Shown here one piece after another: positions 11,518-23,325 of a stretch of DNA of 64,000 nucleotides. The stretch comes from Felis catus. Taxonomy: Eukaryota. How positions within the stretch are numbered: position 1 is the stretch's first letter; every line of letters begins with the position of its first letter. The stretch covers positions 1,302,001 through 1,366,000 of the forward strand of contig NC_058371.1 in the NCBI RefSeq assembly GCF_018350175.1, read 5' to 3'. The notes beneath the pieces are model-generated. The model searched no databases. It had not been told where the DNA came from and was given only the letters and a program-made list of their open reading frames with translations. A program made the translations under genes and the position numbers.

Positions 11518-13889
11518 AAGTTTATTTTTATAATAGCAAAAAATTAGATGCCATTGTGGATGTCCCATCAAAGAGGATTAACTAAATAAACTTCATTTTT
11601 TCCAAAAAAGTAAAGCTTCTTTGTGGGCAGTTGAAATTATGGAGGGACATATATATGTGGGAGGTGTGTGTTCACACGTGTGTTTGTGTGGAGAGACGAG
11701 GGAGACTCTAATCGATAAGAAATTACACTCATGATATTATGTTAATCTGATAGAAAAGCATATGTGGTGTTGTTTATGTAAAACATGAATCTAAACATCT
11801 ATATGTACATAAAACAGAAGAGTGTTAATCGCAGCATGAGCCATGCCATATTTAGTTTGTAAGATTGTGACATGTTTTTGGTATTTTAGCAAACTTAGTT
11901 ATTTTATCATGTATACTCATGGATTTTGTAGCCATAAAAGTAGACTATTTTTATTTTGAAAAAATAATGAAGTGCTTACTGAGTGGTTTAGGGAATAAAG
12001 TACTTAAAACTCTCAAATGTGGAAAAAGTATTCAAACAATAGTGCTGCTCTAGACAATGGGATGGGCCTCGCCCCGCCCCGCCCCTCCGTCATGAAGGTG
12101 CGGGTGTCACAGGGGTGTGGGTCTGCTCCAGGTGGGGTCCGCAGGCCTTTCCCCCTGGACCTGGGTCCCCACTGTCTACCTTGGTCCCCAGGCTCTGGTA
12201 GCCTTCCTCAGGTTGATGTCTGGGAGGTTTGATTTTCCAGAGGAAATTAAATAGCTTTATATCAAATTATATTACAGTAATTGCCAAATGTTTTCCTTTA
12301 AAAAAAAAATAGTGCTCTCTCCCACCCCTCCTTTGTGCTGGGTGCTACTCAGTCTCTGAACCCATATTGGCTTCGTGGCGGCAGGAAGTAGGAGTTAAAT
12401 TCGTGGTCAGATGGCCATTGGCAGTTCCCGGCAAGCATTTTCCAGCCGAGTAAACTAATAAATCTATTTATTCTTCACGGATGACAGAGCCCATTAGCGG
12501 CTGCTGCCTCTGGCGACAGATTCTGATGGACAGGAGGTGGTTCTGATGTAACATGTTCATAACACAAGAGGGGCCCGGTCTGTGTTGAGACCCAGCGTCT
12601 GCACGTGGTGAGGAGATGTGTGAACAGAGGGTAAAGGGTCTTTGCCATTCACTGATGCTTTCAGATGTTGGGAAAGAAAATACTCTGATCCAGGTGTTAA
12701 TTAATAAAAGGACTAGATCGGAATCCTTAAACTAGTGTTCCAAGTCTGTATTTGTGAAAAGGGACACGTGACCACGACTACCACCACCAATGGACCCGTG
12801 AACGTCAGATGAAGTGGACTTTCCTTGGTCTCATTGTTGGGGGAAGAGTAGGGTTCGTGGCTACAAGCCCGGCTGTGTGAGTGCGGATGTCAGGGCTGGG
12901 GCTGGGGTCCTCATCTGCCCCTGTCCCCCACGAGGACTGCGTGCGGGGGCCCGCTCCCCACACTGGAGCCGTGAGAACCAGTGCCCACGGCCCTGTCCTT
13001 GGGAAGGGGTGAGGTTTGCAACCTTGCTTTTGTTTTGCTATTTCACATTCAAGTTCAGAAGCATCAGACCCCAACAGGAATCCACATCGTGTGTCATCAC
13101 GTGAGACCCCAATCCTTAACAGAGGCCGGGGTCCCACCAGACTTGGCTTTGGAGGCCCTGGAGGGAGGCCTGCCTCAGCATTTGCAGCGCCTCCGGTCTA
13201 CCTCATCACACAGACCACTTGAGGCAGCGTGGAGGAAGAACATTCTCACTGGTCATGGGACTGATACACTACAAAGGATAGAGTTGGGAGAGAGGAAGTG
13301 GGTATGTGGACAGGGCAGGAGGGTTTAACCGGATATGACAGCTGTTCAGTCTGAGGGCGCAGGAGAGGGGAGGCCCGACCCTCAATCACAAACTGTTTAC
13401 GGCCCCTTCTCATAAAAAGCATTGCGGTTCTTCAACAGAAACAAAGGTTTTCTTGACTCTGAGGCATAAGGAAATTTCCTACACAGAATTCATGTGAGAG
13501 AAACAGCACCATGTTATCAGAAACCCCCTCGACCTGTTCTTAGAATAAACACTGCAGCTGGTTTGGGGGAAGGTTCTTACAGCCCCTGGCCTCGATTCCC
13601 AGCAAGAGTAGGATGTCCAAATGCAAGTCCTCAAAAGCCATCTTTGCAGGAGGCCACGTCAGTGGGACTAAAGAAGGAGCAAAGCCAACAGCAACTAAAA
13701 ACTTCATCTATTCATTCAAAACACTCTAGCGAGGCTTCCTGTACATCCGACATTATGGTAGAAACTGAAAGTACCAGACAATAAATGCTCCCCTGGCTGC
13801 TTGTCTGAGAGCTGTGGTCTCCTGAGGGCCCCGGGAAATAGAAGGAAGGGTCTCCGCTATGGGGCCCAGAGGGATTTCCAAGCTGGACG

Positions 13890-14060
13890 GAGGTCGGGGA
13901 AGGGTTCCCAGGAGAAGACATTCATGCTGCTCAGGGAGGGAAGTGGGAGACCGTTGCCCCCACCCAGGGGTGAGAGAGGAGAGGAGGGAGTTTCAGGCAG
14001 GGTGAGGGTGTGCGGAGCAGGGCATGGGGGCTGATGAGAGGAAGGTTCAGGTGTATCCTG
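13890..14060 (-). mobile_element. L2 fragment
   Basis: ggaagggttcccaggagaagacattcatgctg...gagggagtttcaggcagggtgagggtgtgcggagc resembles the L2 reverse complement. Confidence 0.4.
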
Positions 14061-14859
14061 AACACATGGGGCATTTTTAGAGGATTCTGACCCGAAAATG
14101 AGAAGCTCCTTGATTTGCATTTTAAACCGACCCATGAGAAAATGAGTTTGGCTACAAGTGATGTAGCTCAGGTGTGCAAGGGGGCCAAATGTGTGCCTTT
14201 CGTACACCCGTGGATCCCTACTCCATCCGTGGGGATGATGGCAGTTTGGAAGGAGGGAAGCAGGTCAGTGGGAATTAGCAGATGTGGGTGGCAGGATCAA
14301 TGCTAAGCCAGCAGAGGGAAATGGACAAGAAGCCAGGGATTCAAACCTGGGGGACGTTCTCCCTTGGAAGACTCCAGAATGGAAGATAGCAGGCAGCCAG
14401 GGGGATGGGGATGTCGGCAAACAGCAGCTGGACCCCACATCCCAGCTCGCTCAGGAGCGAGGCCCTGCCCGGCCTGCAGCGGCTGAATAATCTGCCCAAG
14501 AGCCGGGTTCTGCAGACAAGCAGGGTTGGGGCAGGAGGAGCAGAGCATTCCATGGTAACAAAAGGAATCAGGAGAAGAGCTGTGCTGTGAGCCAGCCTCG
14601 CCCGGCCCCCTTCTCCTGGCGCACAAGCAGGCCAGCACCTTCCCATCCTCAGTTGAGGTTCCAGGGACTCCTGACTGACCAGCTGCAGACCCGGTGGAAA
14701 CTGCTCGGTGCCTGTGGCTCCAGTGCTTACTGCAGTCAGCGTGTAGCTCCCACCACACATTTGAGAAGAGCCTCTAATGAACTGAGTGAGCCTGAAACAG
14801 AAACTGAAACAATTAAGAGTAACTGAAAATTGCAGAGCAACACTAACAAACACCACATC

Positions 14860-16480
14860 TCAGAATGATGGAAAAATCCTCAAACATGAACAGGATGCTA
14901 TGAAAAAGGAATATTCATGAATGTGCAAGAACTCCTATGAATTAAATATACGATTGCAAAAAATACGGTTTAATCTACATAAGATTTGGAAGATAAAATT
15001 GGAATATAAATTCCTGAAAAGTAGGATAAGACAAAATAATTGAAGAATAAAAAGACAACATGCGTACAGTATCTTTCCAGCAACTCCAATATATGACCAG
15101 AAAGTTCTTAAGGGACTATGGAGAAAACAGAGCAGGAACTTATACCCACCCCCCCCAAAAAAATTCTAGAAAAATGACCAGACCCAAAATATATGTGTTT
15201 CCAGATTTAAATGGCATATCAGCTTTCCTGAACAATTAAATACAGACCTATGCCAACCAAGAGATTTCTGTGCACTGGGCATAAACAGAGGGGCCCACGT
15301 GGTTTTGGCAAAAAAAGACAGGTGGATACCCAAAATGACAACATGCTCCTCAAGGGTGACACCGGCAGCTGGAAGAATATGCACAATTGCCTTCCATGTT
15401 CTGAGGAGAAGGAGATCAAGTCCAGAATTCTATACCCAGGACAACTACCTGCCCGGTGTAAGAGCAGAATAAAACACTCAGCCATGCAAAACTTCCGAAG
15501 TGTCTTTTCTGTTGTACAGGCTCTGAAGAAGAGTCAGAACATGTGATGATCCAAAAATGGGACAGGAAAGCAATGAACAGGCAAGTCTGGGAACCCTAGA
15601 GACAAGATTCCACATGGGCAAGGGCAAAGGTGATGCTCAGGATAGTGGAGGAAAGTTCACACAGCATCTGATGTAGAGAAAGCAAGAAGGTGGGATCTAA
15701 AGAGATAAAGAGAAATATCTGGTGGGTGTTTAGATTGGTTTGACCGTATTCATGGAGAGGAAATTATGATTATGTTGAGAATTTGGGACTGTGTTAATAA
15801 GAGGGACCTAGAAATTCCACACATTGAAAAGTAATTAATAACTCCAGGGAAAGCAAAAAGTTTCTTAACAAAGGAAATGTAATATTAACTTATTATACAA
15901 GTTATCTATGAACAGCGTTTACCTAGAAATAATGTTTATACTAAATATTGATTTGGGGGCACCTGGGTGGCTCAGTTAAGCACCTGACTCTGGCTCAGGT
16001 CACGATCTCATCATTTGTGGGTTCGAGCCCCAAGTCGGGCTCTGTGCTGACAGCTCAGAGCCTGGAACCTGCTTCAAATTCTATGTCTCCCCCTCCCAGC
16101 TCATACTCTGTCTCTCTCCCTCTCTCAAAAATGATTAAACATGAAAAAATTTTTAAATTGATTTTAACAAATGTTAGGATATTGGAAAAATGGAGAAGAG
16201 GAAAGTAGGTATAGTAGGTATTACAGATGTAGCTCAAAGGCTAAAATTTAATTATGCCAAAATAGTGGTCTAATCATGGTCGCTATAAATAAAGAGGATA
16301 ATATTAAGGAAAACAGCTGGGAGAGTTGACAGTAGCTGCTTTTGGGCAGAGTGTTCACAACGAGAATAGGGGCAGGGCCCAGGGTTGCAAATTTTTAATA
16401 AGACTTTTGGTATTTGGTTTCCATAAAACTTTACACATCAAGATATATAAAGATGGAGTCTTTATTAGAAAAAATTGAAA
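14860..16480 (+). mobile_element. HAL1 (half-L1) / old L1 ORF1-derived element, interrupted by a Can-SINE
   Basis: A-rich strand. ORF 15250-15546 contains SRILYPGQL, like the L1 ORF1p C-terminal PRI[S/L]YPAKL motif. aaaggaaatgtaat...aatattgattt(t)aacaaa and agtagctgcttttggg...ggggcaggg resemble the HAL1 3' region. Confidence 0.65.
15955..16156 (+). mobile_element. Can-SINE (SINEC_Fc-like)
   Basis: gggggcacctgggtggctcagttaagc, B box gttcgagcc. TSD attgattt at 15947-15954 and 16157-16164. Confidence 0.96.
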
Positions 16481-16562
16481 TAAATTTGAAGACAGTGGGA
16501 ACACCTAGACCTTGGCAAGTGGGACTGGGAATAGAGTGAAAGGGGTGGGTTTGAAATATCTG

Positions 16563-16910
16563 GGGGGCCCCTGGGGGCTCAGTCAGCTGAGTGTCCCAAT
16601 TTGGGCTCAGGTCATGATCTCGTGGTTTGTGGGTTCGAGCCCGGCGTCAGGCTCTGTGCTGACAGCTCAGAGCCTGGAGCCTGTTTCGGATTCTGTGTCT
16701 CCCCCTCTCTCTGCCCCTCCCCTCCTCATGCTCTCTCACTCTCTCAAAAGTAAATAATCTCGTGGTTTGTGGGTTCGAGCCCGGCGTCGGGCTCTGTGCT
16801 GACAGCTGGGATCCTGGATTCTGCTTCAGATTCTGTGTCTCCCTCCTTCTGCCCCTCTCCGCTCATGCTCTCTCACTCTCTCAAAAGTAAATAAAAATTA
16901 AAATTTTTTA
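16563..16910 (+). mobile_element. Can-SINE with tandemly duplicated 3' ~140 bp
   Basis: One head and two bodies (16617-16756, 16757-16893). TSD aaatatctg at 16554-16562 and 16911-16919. Confidence 0.95.
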
Positions 16911-16959
16911 AAATATCTGCAAAAAACGTGTTAGAAAAATCAGTACTGGATATCTGATT

Positions 16960-17095
16960 TAACGGGTGCAGGATTTCAGTTTGGGGAGATGGGAAAGTTC
17001 CAGAATCGGTGGTGGTAGTTGCGCAACATCACAAATGTACTTGATACCACTGCGCTGTGTGCTCAGTGGTCAAGTGGTAGCTTTTACCAGAATTG
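16960..17095 (+). mobile_element. L1MB-like extreme 3' end fragment
   Basis: gatttcagtttggggagatgggaaagttccagaatcggtggtggtagttgcgcaacatcacaaatgtacttgataccactg matches the L1MB 3' terminus. Confidence 0.7.
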
Positions 17096-17109
17096 TTTTT
17101 TAAAGATGG

Positions 17110-17600
17110 GCTATCTGATTGAATGTCGGAAGGAAGGAAGAAAGGGCAAAAGTCAGTGGGTTTCAGCTGGAGTTGCTTGGTGGCTGGCTGGAAATAGCAC
17201 GGGAGTGGGGGTGGGGAAGAGTGCCAGTTTTTCATTGGGCACCTGGGCAGAGGGTCTGACCTTTCGCTGCGGTAAGAACCCGGGGAGGGAGCAAGCTTTG
17301 TAAGGAGCCACTGAGGGCACATTCAAGGAGATCCATACATATCGCGCAGCAGGCTGCTTTGCACGCGAGCTCTGGGGCCCAGCCAGGTCAGGAGTCCAGC
17401 TGAGCAGAAACGTAGAGGGAGTCCGCCAGCCCAGAGATGATGGTGGAGCTCGGGAGGCCAGGCAGGCACCCTCGGGGAGAGGGTCCGGGCGTCTGTGGTT
17501 TCCAGGGTGCTGGGTTGTGAGAAGTCAGGGTGCGCGGTGGGCAAGAACTCCCACTGGAACACGAGGGAGGGGTGATGGGAGGAGATGCTTTTCTCGTGGT
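17110..17600 (-). mobile_element. L2 internal fragment
   Basis: Purine-rich plus strand with gagctctggggcccagccaggtcaggagtccagctg...gggagtccgccagcccagagatgatggtggagc, like the L2 reverse complement. Confidence 0.5.
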
Positions 17601-17763
17601 GGATTAGAGTGTGAACATTTTTATTGGAAAGCCGGACCTGGGGGGGAGAACAGTGGTTGGAAGGTGGCCTCCTCTCAGACAGGACTCAGCAGAAGAGGGG
17701 CACTGGTGGGTGATGCATGGGAAGGATCCACAGAAGGAAGACTGCGGAAGGAAGAGGCCATCA

Positions 17764-17991
17764 TAGGGCGCCTGGGGGGCTCGGTCGCTTACACGTCCGA
17801 CTTCAGCTCCGTTTATGATCTCACGGTTCATGAGTTCAGCCCCACGTCGGGTTCTGTGCTTGCTGACAGCTCAGAGCCTGGAGCCTGCTCAGATTCTGTG
17901 TCTCCTTCTCTTTCTGCCCCTCCCCTGCTCAAACTCTGTCTCTGTCTCTCTCTCTCAAAAATAAATAAGTCATTAAAAAAAAAAGGAAAAA
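17764..17991 (+). mobile_element. Can-SINE (SINEC_Fc-like)
   Basis: gggcgcctggggggctcggtcg...CT tract, A tail. 17-bp TSD gaaggaagagg(c/t)catca at 17747-17763 and 17992-18008. Confidence 0.96.
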
Positions 17992-19766
17992 GAAGGAAGA
18001 GGTCATCACTTGGAGTCTCAGTGTGTGTGAGGCAGGGTGGACGCAGGGACACAGATGGACAGGGAGACTGCATGAAGGACGGTGAGTGCTCAGAGGCTCA
18101 GACTGCTAGTGACTCTGGTCTGTGTGGTCCATTAGCTTTTATCTGAGCTGGCCTCATCCACTGGGAGAGGAAACCTCAAGTGACTGCAGAGTGTGGCCTT
18201 GAGGCCTAAGAATGTGGAGAGTGGGCACAGCAGAGAGACAAGGACATGTTCTCTGCCAGAACACTCTCTGTGGATGCCAGCTTTCCAAGTCTGCCTTTAG
18301 TTAACAGCAGGATAGCAGGGGGTCTGCGCTTACTGGGCAGGCCAAGAGCAGAGTGGAGGTCCCCTGGGGGTTAAAAGCAGCTATGCCCTCTGGGTGGCAT
18401 CATTTTCTGGAAATCAGGAACCTTGATCATAATTGCCGAAAGACACTAACCCACTTTGCACTCAGGTAGAGAGTGAGGGAGCACACAGAATTGGGCACTA
18501 AGTCATGGAAGGCAGGGACAGCCCTAAGGCATTGGCAACAAAGCCACAGCTTTTGAGACTAAGCACAGAGCAAACCCAGACTGACTTTGCCTAAAAAATG
18601 TTTCAAAGCAGGAACGAACAAGCAGCCACTTGCGTCGGGGCTCAGGATACCCTTTGTGGAGTATGTAGTTTAAAGGAAAAGCTATTCCAGAATCAGTAAG
18701 TGGGCTACAGAGATGTAAACCAATTTAATCTGGAACACTCTGTGCTACAAGTAGTCACGTGGGTGACAAACCAGACACAGGCATCCCCCCTGCCCCCCCC
18801 CCCCCGCTCCTGTAGCAGGTGCAGATGACGTGCCATCACCTGCGTGCTGTGATGGCGTCTCACTTCCTTTATCAAACCCTACACGTAATCTCCTTTTATC
18901 TATTAGGATAATTGTGGTTTTATTTGTTCTGATCCTATCCACCGGACAAAATAAATGCATTTGTGTGGAGGCTTACCATGAAGCAGCTGGCCATGAACTT
19001 AAACTGTTATTTGCGAGCCCACCTCAGACCCTGCTGTTCGTCCTGGGACCTCTGCGTTCTGCACTGCAATTACAAGATTATGATTTGTCTGAACTGTGCT
19101 CCTTCCTCTGCGCGGGCATCGGACTCACTCCGCCCCTCGCTGGCCGAGGGAACTGGGTTTCTGCCCTTTAATTGCATTCTTGCCCACCTTTTCACCTCCT
19201 CTCCGTGACCACCCTCCACGTCTGGGGGCTCTTGTCCGGATGTGGTGATCAGGGATGTTGACACTTGGCCGAGGGTCTGCCTTAGAAGTCAAGAGGCAGG
19301 GTTAAACCCTAACCCCTTTTACAAACCTATTATCCAAAGCTATCAGCAACAGACTGAGCCCATAGTGAATGTAAACATACTGTTCTATGTAAGAGAGATA
19401 GAAATCTACGACAACATCCCTGTCCTCATAAATGGCCAATGTAGCCAGGACCTAGGGGACAGATTTAAACACAACTAGGAAGGCAGGTGGCAGATAGTAG
19501 GAGCTTTGTGGTGGGTGGACTGGCAGCAAATGTTTAAGAGGACACCAAAGGGCCCCGGTTGCCGCAGCTGGGAGTATGTGGAGCAGCACCCACAGATCAA
19601 CTTACACTAGACCTTGAAAAACAGCTGCATTAGGCATAATCAGGATAAAAGGGAACACCTTCCAAGAGCAGGAAGAACGTTTAGGGCAGGGACATCTGGG
19701 GATAATGAGAATTTCCACCGACTAGATTGGAATGTTCACGTTGGGAAACTGGGAGAGAGAAAATCA

Positions 19767-19884
19767 GAGGTGTCCGGGGGGCCCGGTTGTCCGGGACCGA
19801 ACTCCTGAGGTGTCCGGGGGACCCGGTTGTCGGGGACTGAACTCCGAGGTGTCCAGGGGACCGGTTGTCTGGGACTATGAACCC
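19767..19884. repeat. 39-40-bp minisatellite, 3 copies
   Basis: gaggtgtcc(g/a)gggg..ccggttgtc.ggga(c)..aac(t)cc starting at 19767, 19807 and 19846. Confidence 0.9.
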
Positions 19885-21558
19885 AAGGCTGTCTGCTCTG
19901 AGTTTCAAGGTTGGGCGGTAGGACCATATTAAAGGTTTGGAGCAGAGGGAACGAGAGACGTTTAGGCGTGGCATCAAATGCACAAAGGGTTGGAGGTAGT
20001 GCGAGTGTAGACGTAGGCGGCCAGTTTCCCTGTGAGCAGAGATGTGTATTTCATCCGGGATTCCAGGGTGGAATACAAGTGCAGGCACCATGAGTAACAA
20101 GTCACAGAGGCACGGAGAAGGAAGGGCACCAAGGACAGTGGTAGTGCGGGTCCTGACCCCGCACCAGAGCAGTGCCCGCGTTGCCGGCGGTCAGAACTTG
20201 CCCTGCACACGGTCTGCGCCCAGTCTCGCGGAGCCGCTGCCGTCCACAGGTCCAGACGCCACGCCCCATAGGAGGGAAGGTGATGAAGTCAGAAATGGCA
20301 TCTGGGGGTGGTTCTGCTAGCGTGTTTTCTGCTCTTTCTTTCTCTGCGTTATTTAAGGAGCTCACGTAGTAGAGGAATTTCTTTTCCTGGATTGACCTGA
20401 AGACCCTTCTCAAGCCAGCTGGTCTAGTTTGGAAGTAACCTTTCTACCAGCAGATGCAGTGGCCGCATTACCCACTCTTCCACGCCCGTCACACGTCCAC
20501 CTCGGAGGGCCGTGAGGGGCCAGTGCAGCCCTGGGTATTTGTGAGGAAAATGGCTCACCGATTGCACCAACACTGAGGTCTTTGGGAAAACACGGACAGT
20601 GGGTCTGGGAGCATGAAGAGTGATGCTTGTAGTCTTATTGAGGCCTCTGCGTCTCCACAGGACAGGCACTAAAACCAGAAGTGTGGAAGGGTCTGGAAGG
20701 CAGGCTCCTGACCCCAGGCCAGGCTGCCCCGCACCCACCGGTGGGACACCTGGCTCGCTGACCCCGTGGCCTTTGAGGAGGGGGGGTGGGGCAAGGAGAC
20801 AAATCGTGCCATCATCGGTCAGATCTGGGACTGGATTTGTAGAGACATGGGTCTGCGGGCTCTGCTCTTCCTCGGTGTTCTCAGGAGGCGACAGCTCACG
20901 GCACTAGGAGCCCCCGCTGGCTCCCATCTGCTGTTGGGTAGCGGGAATCCAGACTCCCCCTGCTGACCCTACCGCGTCTGGCCCTTCTCTTCAGCAGCGT
21001 TATCCCCCTGTGCTTTGTTGCCACATGTAAGGGGGCAATGCAGTGAAAGCAGATAGTCCTTGTCCCAGATTGCCTAAAATCGACTGATTATTTTCATAAT
21101 ATCTTTGCATTTTAATTGTCATCTTATGTGGCATTGAGAGTTGAGAGTCACACAGCCCGGCTAATGAACTGTTAGGTTTTCTCTGCGGCTCTGGGGACTC
21201 AGCAAGTGACTTGGTCAGCACTTTCCATTTGAGGAGATAGGCTGCACTCGGGCCCCGTAATTGCACAGAAGCGAGCCGCGTGCATCCTGCTCTGCACTGT
21301 GGACGAATGCGGTTGGTGCCACTGGGCGTCCCTGATGTGACGTGGTCAAAGTGGACATACGTGTGCATCTGAATGGGGCTTGCATATTCGTTAAATAAGC
21401 CCCTTTTTGCACAATAATTTCTCCAAAATGCAGACAGACCGGTCTTGTTGCAAATATGGAAGAGTAAGGCATTTGGGCTTGTCAGAATCTCCTGGTACTA
21501 TTACTGTTGTCATTCGAAATGATTGGCAGCGGGTTGCTGGGTACTGAGTGGTCTATTT

Positions 21559-21752
21559 CAGGGCTTCTTAACAGTGGCTTCCCTAACATTTGGACCGGAT
21601 AGTTCTGTGTTGGTGAGGGAAGGGCCGTCCTGCCTGGTGTGTTGGCTGTTTGACAGAGGGCCTGGACCCCACCCACTAAATGACAGTCCAGACTGTCTCC
21701 AGTACAGCCAGATGTCCCCGGGGGAGCAAGTCATGCCCCCGTAGAATGGCTG
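21559..21752. mobile_element. MER20 (hAT-Charlie) DNA transposon
   Basis: cagggcttcttaac...acatttggaccggatagttctgtgttg...acccactaaatg...tgtctccagtacagccagatgtccccgggggagcaagtcatgccccc follows MER20 along its length. Confidence 0.8.
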
Positions 21753-23240
21753 CTCTTTATTACAATCCAGACAATTCTCCAATTCACCCTTTCTTTCCTG
21801 AGCCGATAAAGTTTTCATCCAGGAACCCTTGTGCTCACACAGAATCTGCCTCACCATCCAGCCCAGATGCAGTTTTCCTTAATGCCATTTTCAAAGTCAA
21901 CTCTCCCTCCTGGTAACCAGGACAGGTTCCTTCCCTCTTAAGAGCTCCTGATGGCTTCCACTTGCCCTTGGGAACATATCCGCGATCTCTTTGGCTGATA
22001 AGCCTATCCCACACTCTAGGCTTCTCTCCGGTCTCCAGGACTGTGATCTCCCCATCTGTCCTCCCCACTATTCTGGCACCGGCTATGATATAATGAAGGC
22101 ATTGGTGGCTTCTCCTCTAGTCGTAGGGTCCTGGTGACAAGGCTGCTGCTTTCCATTGTGATGTCAGTGTTTTCAGGCAGAGACATGAACACTTTTGACC
22201 TTTCAGCATCTTAAAGTCTTAAACCTGTTGCCTAGAAGAGCCGACATTTTTCATTTACGAGTTTGCAAGTGCGTCTCAGACATGTGATGACCTTCCATCA
22301 TTAGGTTGTAAACATCCATGTGATTTCACTTTCCAGTGAAATCAAAGCCAGGAAATGCTGCTGGTCAGCCTATCCCGGGAGTGCTAACACGGAGCAGCCA
22401 TTCATCTGTGCGCTGTGGCCACTTTGCTGTGTTAACTAGACGGCCAGATTGGCCGTCTTCATGCTAAGATTGTAAAGGCTCTGAGTGCAGTGGGTGGCAG
22501 TCATGGGTCCCAGTGCTGACTCTGACGGCCTCCTGGTCTCTCGGGGTCACTGGTGTGCGAAGGTAGACATTTTATTTGTGTCTATTGGCAAAGCATCAGC
22601 CAGTTGTCTGAAAACTAAATCCACGTGTGAGAAAGGGGGCCACATGGTCTCATTTTCAGAATTCAGTCCACCCCTGGAATGCTATCCAGCACCTCCCTAC
22701 CACGGGGAGCATTTTTCCCATATGAAGAGTCATTATCATGCGCACCTGTTTGTCTGGGATAGCTTGAGATCCCGAATAAAGACCCATTTCAGAAACTCGG
22801 CGGCACTCGCTCCAGAAGGGAGAGGTACAAGTCAGGTGTGCAGGGACCTCTTTCTGTGTGCCTGTCACCCAGCGTGCAGACCGTGGCCAGCTAAGAAATC
22901 TGTCTTTTCTGTGAGCCAGACATCGCTCGGTCCGGATGACTCAGACTGCGACACACAGAGGACACGCCGTCCGGTGGAGACCAGGAGCCTCACCCAGTGC
23001 CTGTCCTTGGGGGTTTGTCAGAATCTTGCTTGAATCAGGGCGGCACAGAGTCCTTGCGCATGGAGGGAGGTGGCCATGAGGGTACCAATAGGAGGGACAC
23101 AGAAAACAAGCCATAAGAGCGCTGTGTTGTGGTCCGGCCAGCCTCTTGGTGAAAGAGGTCATGGCGAAGCAAATACAGTGTGTTTCAGGGGTTGCTCAAC
23201 TTTTGTCCCTTTATACTATTTATTTAGGTGCATCTTCTTT

Positions 23241-23325
23241 TTGTAAATTTTTTAACGTTTTATTATTCTTGAGAGACAGAGACAGTGTGAGCAGGGGAGG
23301 GCAGAGAGAGAGGGAGACACAGAAC
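23241..23325 (-). mobile_element. Severely 5'-truncated Can-SINE (85 bp)
   Basis: Tail plus gagagacagagacagtgtgagcaggggagggcagagagagagggagacacagaa. 15-bp TSD agg(t/g)gcatc(t/c)tcttt at 23226-23240 and 23326-23340. Confidence 0.9.

Larger units (their letters stand above)
10940..11950 (+). mobile_element. Old L1 (L1ME-like) 3' region, interrupted by two Can-SINEs
   Basis: gcagtccaactcttagaat...[SINEs]...tttataatagcaaaaaattagatgcc...atgtcccatcaaagagg...aaataaact follows the L1M 3' consensus order. Confidence 0.55.
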
